The notes beneath the pieces were generated by a model. It was not told the DNA's origin. It did not search any database and saw nothing but the letters and a program-made list of their open reading frames with translations. Position numbers and translations under genes: made by a program. Positions 1-12,935 of a DNA stretch of 64,000 bases are shown here, in pieces. Origin of the DNA: Malacoraja senta (Eukaryota); contig CM075993.1 in assembly GCA_038087875.1 (NCBI GenBank), positions 744,001 through 808,000 of the forward strand. The letters run 5' to 3'. Position 1 is the first letter of the stretch. The number at the start of each line of letters is the position of its first letter.

Positions 1-480
1 AATGCAGCAGATGCAAGTGTGTAGGGTTCCCACCTGCATCAACATAAATGGAATTATACAGTAGAGAATGTTGATACGCTCCAGATTTGGAGAGCAATTG
101 GGATGTTATGTCGCAATTTTACATATTTAGGCTGCACTTGGGAGTACAGCGTGCAATTCTGGTTGACACACTAGGAAAAATGCGGTTGCCCTGAAGTGAG
201 TACATTCACCAGGAAATTGTCTGGATTGACAAATTCTCTAAATTAGGTTTAAGGTGAGACAAAAAAGTTTTAATGGGGATTTTTAGACTGGTTGATATCT
301 GGAACTCATTGGCAGCGATGAAATCAAATACAATCACTATTTTGAAGAGGTATTCAGACTGGCGGAATGCAGAAGGCATAAGGATGTACATCTAATGTGG
401 GTAAATCCAATTAGTGTAGACAGGGGAAAATGTCAGCATGAACATGAAGGGCTGAAGTGCCCTTTTTGGTGCAACACAAC
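1..480 (+). mobile_element. Degenerate CR1-type LINE 3' fragment
   Basis: Decayed match to the 3' part of the CR1 copy at 20610-22671 (cacttgggagtacagcgtgcaattctgg; gggctgaag...cct end). Confidence 0.55.
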
Positions 481-1853
481 TCGATATATCACAGGGGGAA
501 GAATAGTCTACTTGAATTGGAACTTGGGGAGCAAATCTATGGAGCCCATCCCAGAGGCTAATTCAGCTGTGGAAGAAAATTCAGAGACTAGGGAAATCCC
601 AGGTTTACATCAAACTTGTGTTGAACGAGCAGGCATCAGGGCAATAAGCAAAGTAATATTGCAATTAATAGCCACATTCATGGGAGTTAGTGGACCAACA
701 ATGTTCAGAAATCTACCTACTTGAATGGATCTGAGGTAAGGAATGAATTAGATTTCTTTTATCAATAATCATTCAAATGGCACTTATAAATACAGGAAAT
801 AAATACTGATGGAATATATACCGTTATATCCAGATGATTTAATGCCATAACAGAGATTTGTACTTAGACTGTATGCAGAAAACTGAGGATAGTTCTGCAC
901 ACTTCACATGAGGAACGTATGCAGGCAGGAAGACAGAACATAGTCGCTTAGATTTCAACACTTATACCACAAAGCAATAGAATCACCAACTGATTCTTGG
1001 AATTTTGAAAACTGACAGTCATTTGACTGAGGATATTAAAAGCAATGAGATAGATAGACAGAAAGAAGCACCACCTGTCGGATGGGAGAATAGAAAAGGA
1101 TAAAAATTACAATGCAGAACCAACCCTTTCAACAGTGAAGGTAGGAAATGCATGACGATAAAAATGTGGAACTCTTCCACAAATGCTACCTAATTTTAAA
1201 CCCAGGATTGATGGATTTTTGTAATCAAAAGCATTGAAAGGTTTAAGAGACAAGCTCAACCACAAAGTCAATGAATGGCTTAGTAGATTCATTGGACAGT
1301 TCAAATAATTAGCCAACCATAACTGTTAACTTGAGAAATCAATTTTTCTGGCACTTATGCAATAAACGTGGAGAGCTGGAACATCTGGTGTTGTTACGAG
1401 GCACATTCGCCAAACACCAGAGAGAGAGAGAGATATGCTAACGGACCACTGTCATAACCACCATGATGAATCCTATAGGTCAGCAACCATGTTGGCAGAT
1501 TTTCCTATCAAGCACAATGAGCAACAAATATTGCAGTCTTCAAAGGAACTTGATTGGAGTACTGGAAATTGGCCATGGTTCTTCTCAAGAAACCCGAGAA
1601 CACATTGGTCAACAGGGCATATCTGAAGTCTGTTCAGCAAATGATCTTTGAATTGCAATGTGTATAAAATATCCAGGTAACCACCTATGATCTGCAATGA
1701 ACTGGGGTTTGCAAATTCTAATACACACTGGAATGGATTAACCCCATCTCAATATTCCACCATTGTTTTTCAACAGAAGATGTACTTCACTGAAATATCA
1801 CTAAATCATACTTCAGATATTAGATGTTTTGGAAATGACAATATGTTGAGAGA

Positions 1854-2799
1854 AGGTAGGCACAAAATGCTGGAGTAACTCAGCAGGACAGGCAGCAACT
1901 CTGGAGAGAAGGAATGGGTGACGTTTCGGGTCGAGACCCTTCTTCAGACTGATGTCAGGGGAGTGGGCAGGACAGAGATAGAATGTAATCAGAGACATTA
2001 AGACTGGTGGGGGAACTGGGAAGGAGAGGGAATGGAGAGAGGGAAAGCAAGGGTTATCTGAAGTTATAGAAGTCAATGTTCATACCGCTGGGGTGTAAGC
2101 TACCCAAGCGAAATATGAGGTGCTGTTCCTCCAATTTGCACTGGGCCTCGCTCTGACAATGGAGGAGGCCCAGGACAGAAAGGTCAGATTGGGAATCGGA
2201 GGGGGAGTTAAAGTGCACAGCAACCGGGAGATCAGGTAGGTTAAGGCGGACTGAGCGGAGGTGTTCAGCGAAATAATCGCAGAGTCTGCACTTGGTCTCG
2301 CCGATGTACAGAAATTGACACCTGGAACAGCGGATACAGTAGATGAGGTTGGAGCAGGTGCAAGTGAACCTCTGTCTCACCTGAAAAGAATGTCAGGGTC
2401 CTTGGATGAGTCGAGGGGGGAAGTAAAGGGACAGGTGTTGCATCTCCTGCGGTTGCAGGGGAAAGTACCTGGGGAGGGGGTGGTTTGGGTGGGAAGGGAC
2501 GAGTAGACCAGGGAGTTGTGGAGGGAACAGTTTCTGTGGAAAGCAGAAAGGGGTGGAGATGGGAAGATGTGGCCAGTAATGGGATCCTGTTGGAGGTGGC
2601 GAAAGTGTTGGAGGATTATATGTTGAATGCGACAGCTGATGGGGTGGAAGGTGAGGACAGGGGGGACTCTGTCCTTGTTGTGAATGGGCGGGGAGGGGGA
2701 GCAAGAGCAGAGCTGCGGGATATCAAGGAGATCCCAGTGAGAGCCTTATCTATAATGGAAGGGGGGAACCCCCATTTCTTAAAGAATGAGGCATCTCCG
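1854..2799 (-). mobile_element. 5'-truncated Penelope-like element (RT thumb, GIY-YIG endonuclease, pseudo-LTR) in ARIH1 intron 1
   Basis: Minus-strand peptide NLIYCIRCSRCQFLYIGETK...EHLRSV...VAVHFN...EQHLIFRLGSLHPSGMN. 11-bp direct repeat atgttgagaga at 1843-1853 and 2800-2810. Confidence 0.9.
1918..1949 (-). ncRNA. Minimal hammerhead ribozyme motif in PLE pseudo-LTR (subfamily A)
   Basis: Minus strand reads gu-CUGAAGA-A-GGGU(CUCG)ACCC-GAAA-CG-UC-ac. Confidence 0.65.
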
Positions 2800-3839
2800 A
2801 TGTTGAGAGATGCCTTGATTTAGGTGTGGCTGATGCGCGTGACCCCATCACCACTTCATATGATAGAAAAGATTTCAAATCAAACAAATAAATATCAATG
2901 AACCTTAATGTTGAAATTAAGAAAATACTCATTTGCATCAACATGTGGAGAGAGAAACAGTTGAAGGTAAATAGATTAAGTCTCAAGAAAGGTATGGAAG
3001 AATGTGGAACTGACACATTAAAATATTACGCACAATTTTTTATTAAATGTACTATCCTTAAAATATGTACCCCAGGTGGTGCCTTTAACAAACTTCTTCC
3101 AATACTAAGGACAAGCTTCCAGCTTAATTTTTGTTTACCGAAATTGTAGGCTGATTATTAGGCATCAAATTATATTGGTTGCATCCCTTTCCCAATATTT
3201 GGGCAATGTTTATGACATTCTTGATTCTGCTTGACCATTTTTGTACTTTTCAGATGAAATGTCTGGTTGAGGCAACAAGGACAGTACTAATAAAATCCAC
3301 ATCTAAAACATCTGGCCAATCAATAAATGGGAGTTAGTCTGGCTGCTAGCTTAAGCCAGCTCAACTAAACATCAATTTTAGTAGAAATATACTGAAATTC
3401 AGATAGAAAAAACCCTATATTTCAGATATTGGACTATATATTACATTTCAGTTAACTTATCCAAATACATTAAGCTATGGAAATACATAAATGCAATGGT
3501 CTATAAGGAGAGATGAACTGCATCAAAATGACACTCCATTTCCTAATATCATACACATGCACGCTACACAGTGTATTAAACAAAACTAAGATAATATATG
3601 ACCCAGCCAGTAAGGAAATAGATGATCTACCTTTCTGGCATTTGCCCAGACCCTCTTTAAGCCTTGGGGCCCTGCTGAAAACTAGCCACTGGCAACAATC
3701 CCAAGAAAACCAGTCAAATAGGGGTAAATTGACCAGGCAAAGTCTCTCTCCTCCTCGCAATGGCCCAATGTACCCATGCGTTCCCACCCGCATCACACTC
3801 CCATACTTGCACCCCAGAGCCCCAAGTCTTTAGTCCTTC

Positions 3840-4790
3840 CACTCTACAGGGCCCGGGTCCTGTGCGGCCTGTCTACTCGGGCTTTCCTCCGGTACGATGG
3901 CCGGATAAGGCTTACCTCGATGACCTCGTTGACCTCCCGAATGCACTCCACCATGTGCTGGACAATCTGCTCGGCGCTCAGCACCTCATAGCGGTAATCC
4001 TCTTCTTCCTGCTCGGCGCCCAGGCCTCCCAGCCCGCCCAGGCCTCCCAGGCCGCCGCCGCCGCCACCGCCAACCCCGTCGCCGTCCTGCCCGGGCTCCA
4101 GGCCGGGCTCCTGCATCTCCACCTCGCCGATCTCGAAGTTGTCCTCGGGCTCGCTCTCCTCGCTGTACTCGTCCTCGTCATACATGTAGCCCTCGTCCGA
4201 GTCCATGGTGGCGCCGGTGGCGGGTGTGAGCTGCCGGTGTGTGGGGGTGTCCCTGCCTCAGGCTCCGCTCCGCTCCGCACTCCCCCCGGCAGCGCTACCG
4301 CAACAAAGGGACTGGGCCGCGCTCTCTCTCCCGGCGACGCGCGCGCCCGCCCGCCTCCGCCGTCACTTCCGCCCCTCAGACGCGCCGCTTCCGCTACACA
4401 ATAGTGCCCCTCTGTGACGTCAACGGCCGCTCGCCGCTCCGCCGGTTCCACGCGCTTGGCGGGAAGCGCACGGGAGCGAGCGAGCGTGCGTCAGTCTCCC
4501 ATCCAAACTACCTCACAGTCCAGTCACTCTCACTCTCCCTCTCCCTCTCCCTCAGCTCCAGCCTCTCACCAGCACCGGTCGAGGAGGAGAAGGGAATGCC
4601 CGGTCAGTACTCTCTCTCTGAGTCAGCTCCACATTTATTTATTTATTTGTTTATTTTTTAGCCTTCTTCTTACTCGCAACTTTGCAGATAAACCGCCACC
4701 GGAATTCAAATTGAAGTTTAAAACTTTCAACGAGAAAAATAATTCTCCCCAACTGGAAACAAACCGAATCGACCCGTCGCGATGAGTACA
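3840..4790 (-). promoter_or_regulatory. CpG island / ARIH1 promoter with CRE (TGACGTCA 4415-4422), ETS-type CTTCCG motifs (~4365-4393) and E2F-type GGCGGGAA (4458-4465)
   Basis: Sharp rise in GC and CpG against an AT-rich, CpG-depleted background, covering exon 1 and its upstream region. Motifs read directly. Confidence 0.8.
3916..4206 (-). CDS. ARIH1: RBR E3 ubiquitin ligase ARIH1 (or ARIH1-like paralogue), coding exon 1 (97 codons); gene continues leftwards out of the window
   Basis: MDSDEGY start, acidic then Gly-rich stretch, [30 protein letters not shown] matches the ARIH1 N-terminus. Perfect Kozak gccaccATGG. Phase-0 donor GAG|GTAAGC at 3916/3915. Confidence 0.93.
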
Positions 4791-5319
4791 TTCCTGTGTT
4801 GGGCAGATAGATAGATGTTGTAGCCCTTCATCTGATGAAATCCAAAGTTGTCCACATTCCTTCCATTTTGTAGCTTTCAGGCAAACTTCGACTGAAGTTG
4901 CTGCAGACATCCACTGTGCAGGGGTTGGGTTATCTATTGGGCATGAATGAGGAGTCGTGAGGTATCAGAGTGATCTTTGAGGTAGTTTATGCTGAATAGT
5001 TCTGTGCTACTTAGAATATGGGCATAGTTTCTATAGATTTACTATGTAAACTGTGTTGTCACATTCCTAATTGGCTTTGAGAAGATGGTAGTGAGGAGTG
5101 TTGGATTTCAACAATGCCATTGGGTTGGGAACTCCAGGCTTTAGACACTACAACAATGAAGAAAAATATAGTGAATAACAAAGGGGAAGCTACATGCAGG
5201 CGATGCTATAAGAACATAAGTAATAGAAATCAGCACAGGCCTTTTGGCCCCGTCCACCTTTTGACCTCTACCTGCTCGCCACTTTCCTGCATTAACCTGC
5301 GTACACCGCAAGAAATTAC

Positions 5320-5745
5320 AAAGAATTGTTGGCGTTGCCCAGACCATCACGCAAACCAACCTCCTGTCCGTTGACTCCATCTACACTTCACGCTGCCTTG
5401 GCAAGGCCACCAGCGTAGTAAAGGATAAGTCTCACCCTGCAAGATGTACAGAAGTGTGAAAACGCACACCTCCAGATTCAGGGACTGTTTTGTCCCAGCT
5501 GAACCATCCTATCACCAACTAGAGAGCTGTCCTGACCTACCATCTACCTCATTGGAGACCTTCAGACTATATGTAATCGGACTTTACTGGACATTATCTT
5601 GCACTAAATGTTATTCCCTTTACCATGTACACCGTGGACAGCTTGATTGTAATCATGTATAGTCTTTTTGCTGACTGGATAGCACACAACAAAACGTGTT
5701 TCACTGTACATCACTACACGTGACAACAATAAACTAAAATAAACT
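5320..5745 (+). mobile_element. Rex1/Babar-like LINE 3' fragment
   Basis: gcccagaccatcac...tccagattcagggactg similar to 7447-8030; ends in aataaactaaa tail. Confidence 0.6.
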
Positions 5746-5959
5746 ATCTCTCAGTATCCAAAAGTATATGGATCTCTTGCTTCAATATATTCAGTAATTG
5801 AAATTCCACAGCCTTTATAGGTACAGAATTGCAACGGTTCTGCATAAATAAATTCTACCTTGAATAACCAACCTTTTATTTTGAAGAACGTTTTTGGTCA
5901 ATGATAAATTTATGGATATTAATTGAGGTACTCTATGATGGTAACTGTTTTGGCTGTCA

Positions 5960-6800
5960 AGGTCTGGTTTTTAGACTCTGCAGCCAAGGGAAACATCATC
6001 CCTGCACTTACCTGACAAGTTCCATAATAGTCTTCTACATTCCAATGGGATGATGTCTCATTTTGTTCTCAAACCTTAGAGACTACAGGCCCAGTCTGTT
6101 TAATCCCTCCTTATTCAGAAATTCTGCCATCAATCTGGTGAACCCTTACCCATTCCTTCTCTCCAGAGATGCTGCCTGTCCCACTGAGTTACTTCAGCAT
6201 TTTGTGTGAACCCTTACTGCATTTTGTCTGTATCCTTCCTTGGGTAGGGCGACTAGACCTATACATAATATTTCAAGTGTGGACTCACCAGGTCTCTATA
6301 TAATTGCAGCAAGTCTGTCCTCTGCTGTAAATCCTCTTGTAATAGAGACCAAGTTACTCTTTGCCTTCATTTGAACACCTTCCAGTTTCTCATCATTTAG
6401 AAAACACTGCTATTTTTTCTCCCAAAGGAGGCAATCTCCTACTTTTCTACATTAAAGTTTTCCATCTGCCTTGTGCTTATGATTCACTTAGCCCTTTTAT
6501 ATCCTCCGCAAACCTCGCTGAATCCTCTGCACCCATCTTAAGATCACCAGCTAACCTGGATATGTTACACTTCATCCCTTCATCCAAATTGACACTGATT
6601 TTGGGCAGCTGGGGATCCTGCACTAATCCCTGCCACAATGTAATTGTCACATTTCAGCTGGAAAATTACACAATTATTTCTTCACTCTGTTTTGGCCCGT
6701 TAATTATTCCTTAATCGATATCGGTATTCTACCCCAATTACCTTTGCTGTAATTTAGTTTAACAATATCATTTTCATCTTATCAAAATATTCTGAATGTC
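5960..6800 (-). mobile_element. Degenerate CR1-type LINE fragment with a nested PLE pseudo-LTR piece (~6150-6208)
   Basis: Reverse-complement similarity to 21600-22300 (tcaccaggtctctatataattgcagc; cttcatccaaat); nested ccattccttctctccagagatgctgcc. Confidence 0.6.
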
Positions 6801-7446
6801 CAAATGTTCCACATTCATTTATTCATTCATTTTCCCCACCACTTAAAAGGTACTTAAAATACTGAGTAGGACAGGCAGCATCTGTGGTAAAAGAAAACCA
6901 CCTTTGTTTTCGACTTCCACCTTATTCACTCCATTAAATGCTCATCTGTGACTTTTCTTCCCTTCCTTGGTTCTATAACTCCACCTCAGAGGATCAGTTT
7001 TTTTTAATGTGTTATGTTAAATTCTAAAGTGTTGTGTTTATCTTATTTGTGTGCTGCATGGTAACTCAAATTTCACTGCACCAATTGGTGTATGTGACAA
7101 TAAATGTCCTTTGTCCAGTTAGTGATCATTGTGCAAATGTTCCAGTAAAAATCAATACTTTTAAAGAAAGAAAAGAGAACATTTGAAATGTTGAAAGAGA
7201 ACCTTCTGAACAAATAAAGCTTAACGTTTTTCCATTCTCAAGTGTACTCGCGACTTATCCCTGCCAGTGCAAGATGTAACATTGCAGTCTCGTGAAAGTT
7301 ATCCACTGCCATGGAATGAAAACAGATTGTTTTTGTGCTACAATCAAGTCTCAAAAATCCTATGGCAATGTGAACAAATGTGGATGTATCTGGGGCTGTA
7401 ATAAAGAAAGGTTCTTAAAAATTATCTTTTTTTTGCATATAAATGT

Positions 7447-8030
7447 TATAGCTAATGTTATATACGGAGATTCGGCATGTCAAAGAGGATTCTCCTAAAC
7501 TTCTACAGGTGCATGGTAGAGAGCATTCTGACTGGTTGCATCGTGGCCTGGTTCGGCAACTTGAACGTCCAGGAGCGAAAAAGACTACAAAAAGTTGTGA
7601 CCACTGCCCAGTCCATCACCAGCTTTTGACCTCCCCACCGTCGAAGGGATCTATCGTAGTCGCTGCCTCAAAAAGGCAGCCAAAATCATCAAGGACCCAC
7701 ACCATCCTGGCCACACACTCATCTCACCATTGCCATCAGGAAGAAGGTACAAGAGCCTGAAAACTGTAACATCCAGGTTCAGGAACAGCTGCTTCCCCAC
7801 AGCCATCAGGCTATTAAACAACATCGAATAAGCTCTGAGCTCTGAACTACAAAAGACTATTATTATTTGTTATTTGCACTATATTTGTTATTTGTTGAAC
7901 TTTTTCTTTTTTTTCTTTCCGTTATGTACAATGTTTATATATTCACATATTCTGTTATGCTGCAACAACTAAGAATGTCACTGTCCCGTCCGGGACATAT
8001 GACAATAAAACACTCTTGACACTTGACTAG
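7447..8030 (+). mobile_element. Rex1/Babar-like LINE 3' end
   Basis: Encodes FYRCMVESILTGCIVAWFGNLNVQERKRLQKVV...HPGHTLISPLPSGRRY; AT-rich 3' UTR, aataaa and cttga repeat tail. Confidence 0.75.
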
Positions 8031-8269
8031 TACTTACAGACATATGGCAAATGTGGACTTGTCTTAAGTTGCCAGTACAGTACACAACTAGGATGAGCAA
8101 CAATCAGAACATGTGGCAAAGAATATCTCTTTGGAGCACTGTTATGAAAGCTGGAGTCTCCAGAAACATTCAGAATGACATTGTGCATAGCAACATAGTA
8201 CAATCCCCCATGTAGTAGATCCATGGAGAAGCAGAGGGAGTGTACCGTTCATGTTATTTATGATAATCT

Positions 8270-8285
8270 ACTGCCCTCCAGTGGC
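8270..8285 (-). promoter_or_regulatory. CTCF-like site between the two divergent promoters
   Basis: Minus strand GCCACTGGAGGGCAGT, one mismatch from the core consensus. Confidence 0.35.
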
Positions 8286-8499
8286 TACTTATTTATATTC
8301 CACATCATGTCTATTATGTAAAGGTAACATTTAATTTTATTAATTGCAGAAACTTTCAAAGATTAGTAAACATCTTCATTGCAGCAGATGGGGTGAGCAG
8401 TTTACCGAATTAAACAGATTTTATGATGATTTAAAACATCCCATTAAAGTCTGTCTTTGGAGTAATTAACCTAAGCAACTATTGCTTTCATTGTATTAT

Positions 8500-9240
8500 G
8501 CACTCATTGATGCGTTGCAAATAATTACTCCATTCCAGGGATGTGAGTGATTTGCAAGTGTGAGTGTTGTAATTTGGGGGATTGAATGTAAGGGGAAAGT
8601 ATACATTGAATGGCAAGATCTTTACCAGCATTGAAGTGCTAAGGGATTTGGGATCCAAGATTAAAGCTCCCTGAAAGTGACAACGGATAGAATGGTAAAG
8701 AAGGAGAATAGTATGTTTGCCTTTATCATTCGGGGAATGGAGTATAAGAGTGGAAGTCATGATGCAGCATTATAAAACTTTGGTTGCCACATTTGGGGTA
8801 TTTTGTGTAGTTCTAGTCGCCCTATTGCAGAATGTATGTGGACGCTTTGGCGAAGGAGACGTTGGACAAAATTGCATTGTTTTCATCAAAGTCTGCGAGG
8901 AGACCTGAGAGGAGTATATAAAATTATGAGAGGCATAAATAGGGTAGATAGAACCTTTCTCTCGGGGTAAATGTCAAAGACAATAAGCCATAATTTTAAG
9001 GTAAGAGGGGGAATGTTTAAAGGACATGCAAAACAAGAGTGGCGTGTGCCTGGAATGTGCTGCCAGGGGTAGTGGTGCAAGCTGATATGACAGGGAAATG
9101 TAAAAGGCTTTTAAATAAGCACATGGGTATGCAGGAAATGGAGTGATATAAAACACATAGGCATAGAAGATGAGTTGGCATCATGTTCGGCACAGACAAT
9201 TTAGGGCAAAGTGCCTTTTCCTGTGATCTGTTCTATGTTT
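8500..9240 (+). mobile_element. Degenerate CR1-type LINE 3' fragment
   Basis: Decayed RT C-terminus and 3' end ...gttctatg. Confidence 0.65.
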
Positions 9241-9629
9241 GTGAGTGACTGAGACCCTACTATACTCTGAGAGTGTCCCAGAGAGGGGGTGGGGGTCAGA
9301 GACCTCTGAGACATGAGGGAGGCTAGAGACCCTGGTGGGAGTATGAGCAAACTGGATGATCTGACATTGTGGTAAAAGCCTGATAATGAGGGAGTAATAA
9401 TTTCTGCAGCATCACAACCTTGGAATGTGTGTCCACGTCAGAAGTTTGAAAATACATAAGTGGACTTCAGGTGCTTATCTTCTTTTTCGGAGTAGAAATT
9501 ACTTCAGAGCATATAATTAAATAATCTACTGTGAGAAGCAACAGCAGATCTTGGCAATAAGGTACATACTATTTTGGGAGATGGTGTGCTTATGTTTGTG
9601 CTGGGCTTTTATGTGCTCCTGATACATGA

Positions 9630-10410
9630 TCATAGAAGCGTAGAGATAGAGCATGGAGCCTTTGGGCCATCAAGTCCATACCAACAATTAATACCCATTT
9701 TACACTAATCCTACATTAATCCCATTTTTGATTATTTTCAATTCCCCTCAGATTCTACCACTCACCTGCACAAGGAAGGCAATTTATAGCGGCCAGTTAA
9801 CCAACCAGATTTCACTGAACACCTCCGCTCAGTCCGTCTTAACCTACCTCATCTCCTGGTGGCACAGCACTTCAACTCCCTCTCCCATTCCCAATCTGAC
9901 CTTTCTGTCCTGGGCCTCCTCCATTGTCAGACTGAGGCCCAGTGCAAATTGGAGGAACAGCACAAATTTCGCCAGTTTACACCCCAGCTGTATGAACATT
10001 GACGTCTATAACTTCAGTTAACCCTTGCTTTCTCTCTCCATCCCCTTTCCTTTCCCAGTTCTCCCACTAGTCTTACTGTCTCCACCTACATTCTATCTTT
10101 GTCCCACCCCCTTCCCTGACATCAGTCTGAAGAAGGGTCTCGACCTGAAATGTCGCCCATTCCTTCTCTCCAGAGATGCTGCCTGTCCAGCTGAGTTACT
10201 CCATAATGTTGTGTCTACCTTTGATTTAAACCAGCATCTGCAGTTATTTATAACACAAACTAACCAACCAGCATGTCTTTGGGTTGGAGGATTCTGCAGC
10301 ACCAGGAGGACACTCATGGGTCATAGGTAGGAGGTGCACACTCCACACCGACACCAGCACCTAAAGTCTGAATTTCACCCAGGCAGCTGCTCTACCAGAT
10401 GTACCATAAT
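9630..10410 (-). mobile_element. HE1/V-SINE-like element, split by a Penelope insertion
   Basis: Minus strand 10270-10360 resembles the V-domain (gtgtggagt.tgcac...ggtgctgca...ctcc...caaagacatgc); CR1-like tail at 9630-9700. Confidence 0.55.
9809..10260 (+). mobile_element. Penelope-like 3' fragment (end of GIY-YIG plus pseudo-LTR)
   Basis: Same family as 1854-2799; 11-bp TSD taaccaaccag at 9798-9808 and 10261-10271. Confidence 0.85.
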
Positions 10411-10559
10411 GATGCTCCAATAATGTTTCCTTTAGATCAATGGGAATTATGCAATTTTCAAGATTTCAAGATATCCTTGCAATGTGGATTCTATCTACAG
10501 GCACAGGGGACATAAACTTTACTGTACATCAACTCCAAAATTAAGTTTCAGTACAATCA

Positions 10560-11177
10560 CATCTCATTGAACTTCAAATAGCCCTTGCTTTCCCTCTCTC
10601 TCCATCCCCTCCCCCTTCCCAGTTCTCCCACCAGTCTTACTGAGACCCTGGACAAGAAGAGACAGAGCGGCTGTACTTTTTGAGAAGACTCCGCTCCTTT
10701 AACGTCTGCAGTTAAATGCCTAAGATGTTCTACCAATCGGTGGTAACCAGTGCCATCTTCTTCGCTGCCGTGTGCTGGGGCCGCAGGGCGAAGGATGCGG
10801 ACGCCATTAGAATTAAATTCATCAGGAAGGCTGGCTCTGTCCTTGGGGCAGAGTTGGATTAATGGGAGGTGTTTTTGGAGGGGAGGATGCTCCTCAAACT
10901 GCAGAGCATCCTGGACAATACAGCTCACCCCCTCCATGACACACTGGTCAACCTGAGGAGTACCTTCAGCAACAGACTGGTTCCAAGATGCAGGACAGAA
11001 CGCCACAGGAATTCCTCTTCCCAGTGGCTATCAAACTGTACAACTCCTGTTGTGGGGCAGACTGAGACTGACCCCCCCCACCCCCCACCCCCTACTCGCC
11101 AATTTTTTGTTTTTATGACTGTTGGCAGATCAATTTCCTTCTTGGGATAAATAAAGTTCTATCTTATTATATCGTAG
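10560..11177 (+). mobile_element. Short PLE 3' UTR piece (10560-10642) fused to a Rex1/Babar-like LINE 3' fragment
   Basis: RLYFLRRLRSFNVC..MFYQSVVTSAIFFAAVCWG...ILDNTAHPLH peptide; aataaagtt tail. Confidence 0.7.
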
Positions 11178-12574
11178 ACCTCAACCATTTGTTCAGTTCC
11201 AGTTTTGCCTGCCAAGCTTTAACTCCAGTTTTCCAGGGCAAGATCTGTTTGTAAAACTGGCCCTGATCCATTTGACTATTTTACCTTTGGGGTACTCCAT
11301 ATCATTTTCCATACTGGTTCTAAACCTTAATATGATCACTGTTGCCTATATATTCTTCCCATCACCATCTTCCCATCTTGCATCTTTGCTCCTCTTAACC
11401 TGGTTCATCTCGCAGCCTAATTCCTCTCATATATTGTTTAATATTTAGTCTTTGTTTCATTTCTTTTGTTAATAAGTGGTTTTATAATTCAATCCACAAT
11501 AATGGTGCAGTATATTTATAGTGAACTAATTATGTTGTTGTACCTGTAACCTAAATTGACAGGAAAGTGGTAAAAAAAAGTGTACAGTAGTCATGGTTAC
11601 GGTAACCCAAAAGTAGCGTAACATCAAGTGCATTTTCTTTTTTGTTTAAAAAAATGTTTGTTGGATTATTTACACAAAGCGAAATTTGTAAAATGCATGA
11701 ATTGTGAGACTTGAGAAAGTCGCATTCAACGAAGTACCATGTATGGTAAAGAAATGTGTGTTGATGAAGTCAGAGCTGGGTCATTTATGCAGAGTAATAA
11801 CAGGAAATGAACAATTTGGCCTTTGGAGCAAAGTTATAGGAATTACATTGTGGAATTAAGAAAATATGAAGGAATAGAATCAAGAGCCGAGTGCCTAAAC
11901 AAATACACAAGCATGATGGTAGAGAGGGTCCCAAAGACAATGATGTTACTGTTTTGGATATTATATTACCCCATGCTCAGTGGAAGGGTTAGACCACAAC
12001 ACCATGGCCTGGGCTGATCCTGCCATTGCCATTAACTTAGTAATTCAATACCATCAGTTGCAGGATTCATCAAGTTTGTGGTTGGGACACAATAGGTTGT
12101 TAAAGCTAAAAATCATAGAGCTCTATGATCTTTGGTTAGAGCTGTTTAGACAACTGGGTTCGTTTTATTAGCATTTTTATACTTTCCAGCATTCACCATG
12201 GAGTTTAAGGCTAATGAGATTGCAGAGTTACCTTGACATCCATGTGTTAATGCCACTCCTTTCAAAAGATGCAATGAGGAACTTTACAACAATAATTGTC
12301 ATCAGTGTCATGTAAGTCCTCACCATTATTTCTGCCTTTTCTCCTAATACAATGTGCAGTCATGTTGATTAATAATGTATTTTCTGCAACCCCCCCTCCC
12401 CCCCACCACCTTAACTTCCTCTCCTCTCCTCTCGTGTAAAATAGTCGGTGCTTTCCATATCATACCCCTTATCACCCTAATATATAAAGATAAAAGTAAC
12501 TTTTTCCGACTGTTACCTCTGGGTCTGAACTGTGAGTGAAATGAATGATGGTCCTCTCAAAAGAAACAGAAGCA

Positions 12575-12935
12575 GGTCGGTTATGTAGTACTCCGGCCTG
12601 CTCCATTATTCAGTACAACCATGGCTGATAAAAACATTGTGCTCCATCCGCAGGCAAATTCCTTACAGTCCAAAAATCTATCCATCTCTGTTGAAGCTAC
12701 AGTAACCATAGCTTTCTCTGGTGAATTTGAAGATTTGCCAACCACTGAGAGGAATATGTCTTCCTTCCTCATCTCTGGAATGTTGAATATTTACCCGAGA
12801 ATATGCACCCTCTTCCAGATTCCCTAACCTGGATGATCAATAGATGTAAGGTGAGGGGAGAAAGATTTAATAGGAACTTGAGGGGCAATCTTTTCACACA
12901 AAAGTTGCCGGGTATATGTAACGAGCTGCCAGAGG
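12575..12935. mobile_element. Two CR1 3' fragments in opposite orientation (12575-12775 minus; 12840-12935 plus)
   Basis: Similarity to the CR1 3' end (ccggcctgctccattatt...atggctga; aggtgaggggagaaagatttaatagg). Confidence 0.55.

Noticed and set aside
1-3915. ARIH1 exon 2
   Set aside because: No NPATITRILL-like exon found on the minus strand; it must lie left of the window.
3760-4785. Several long overlapping ORFs (214, 157, 140, 123 aa) around ARIH1 exon 1
   Set aside because: Expected by-products of a GC-rich CpG island and antisense or alternative frames of the real exon; no recognisable domain.
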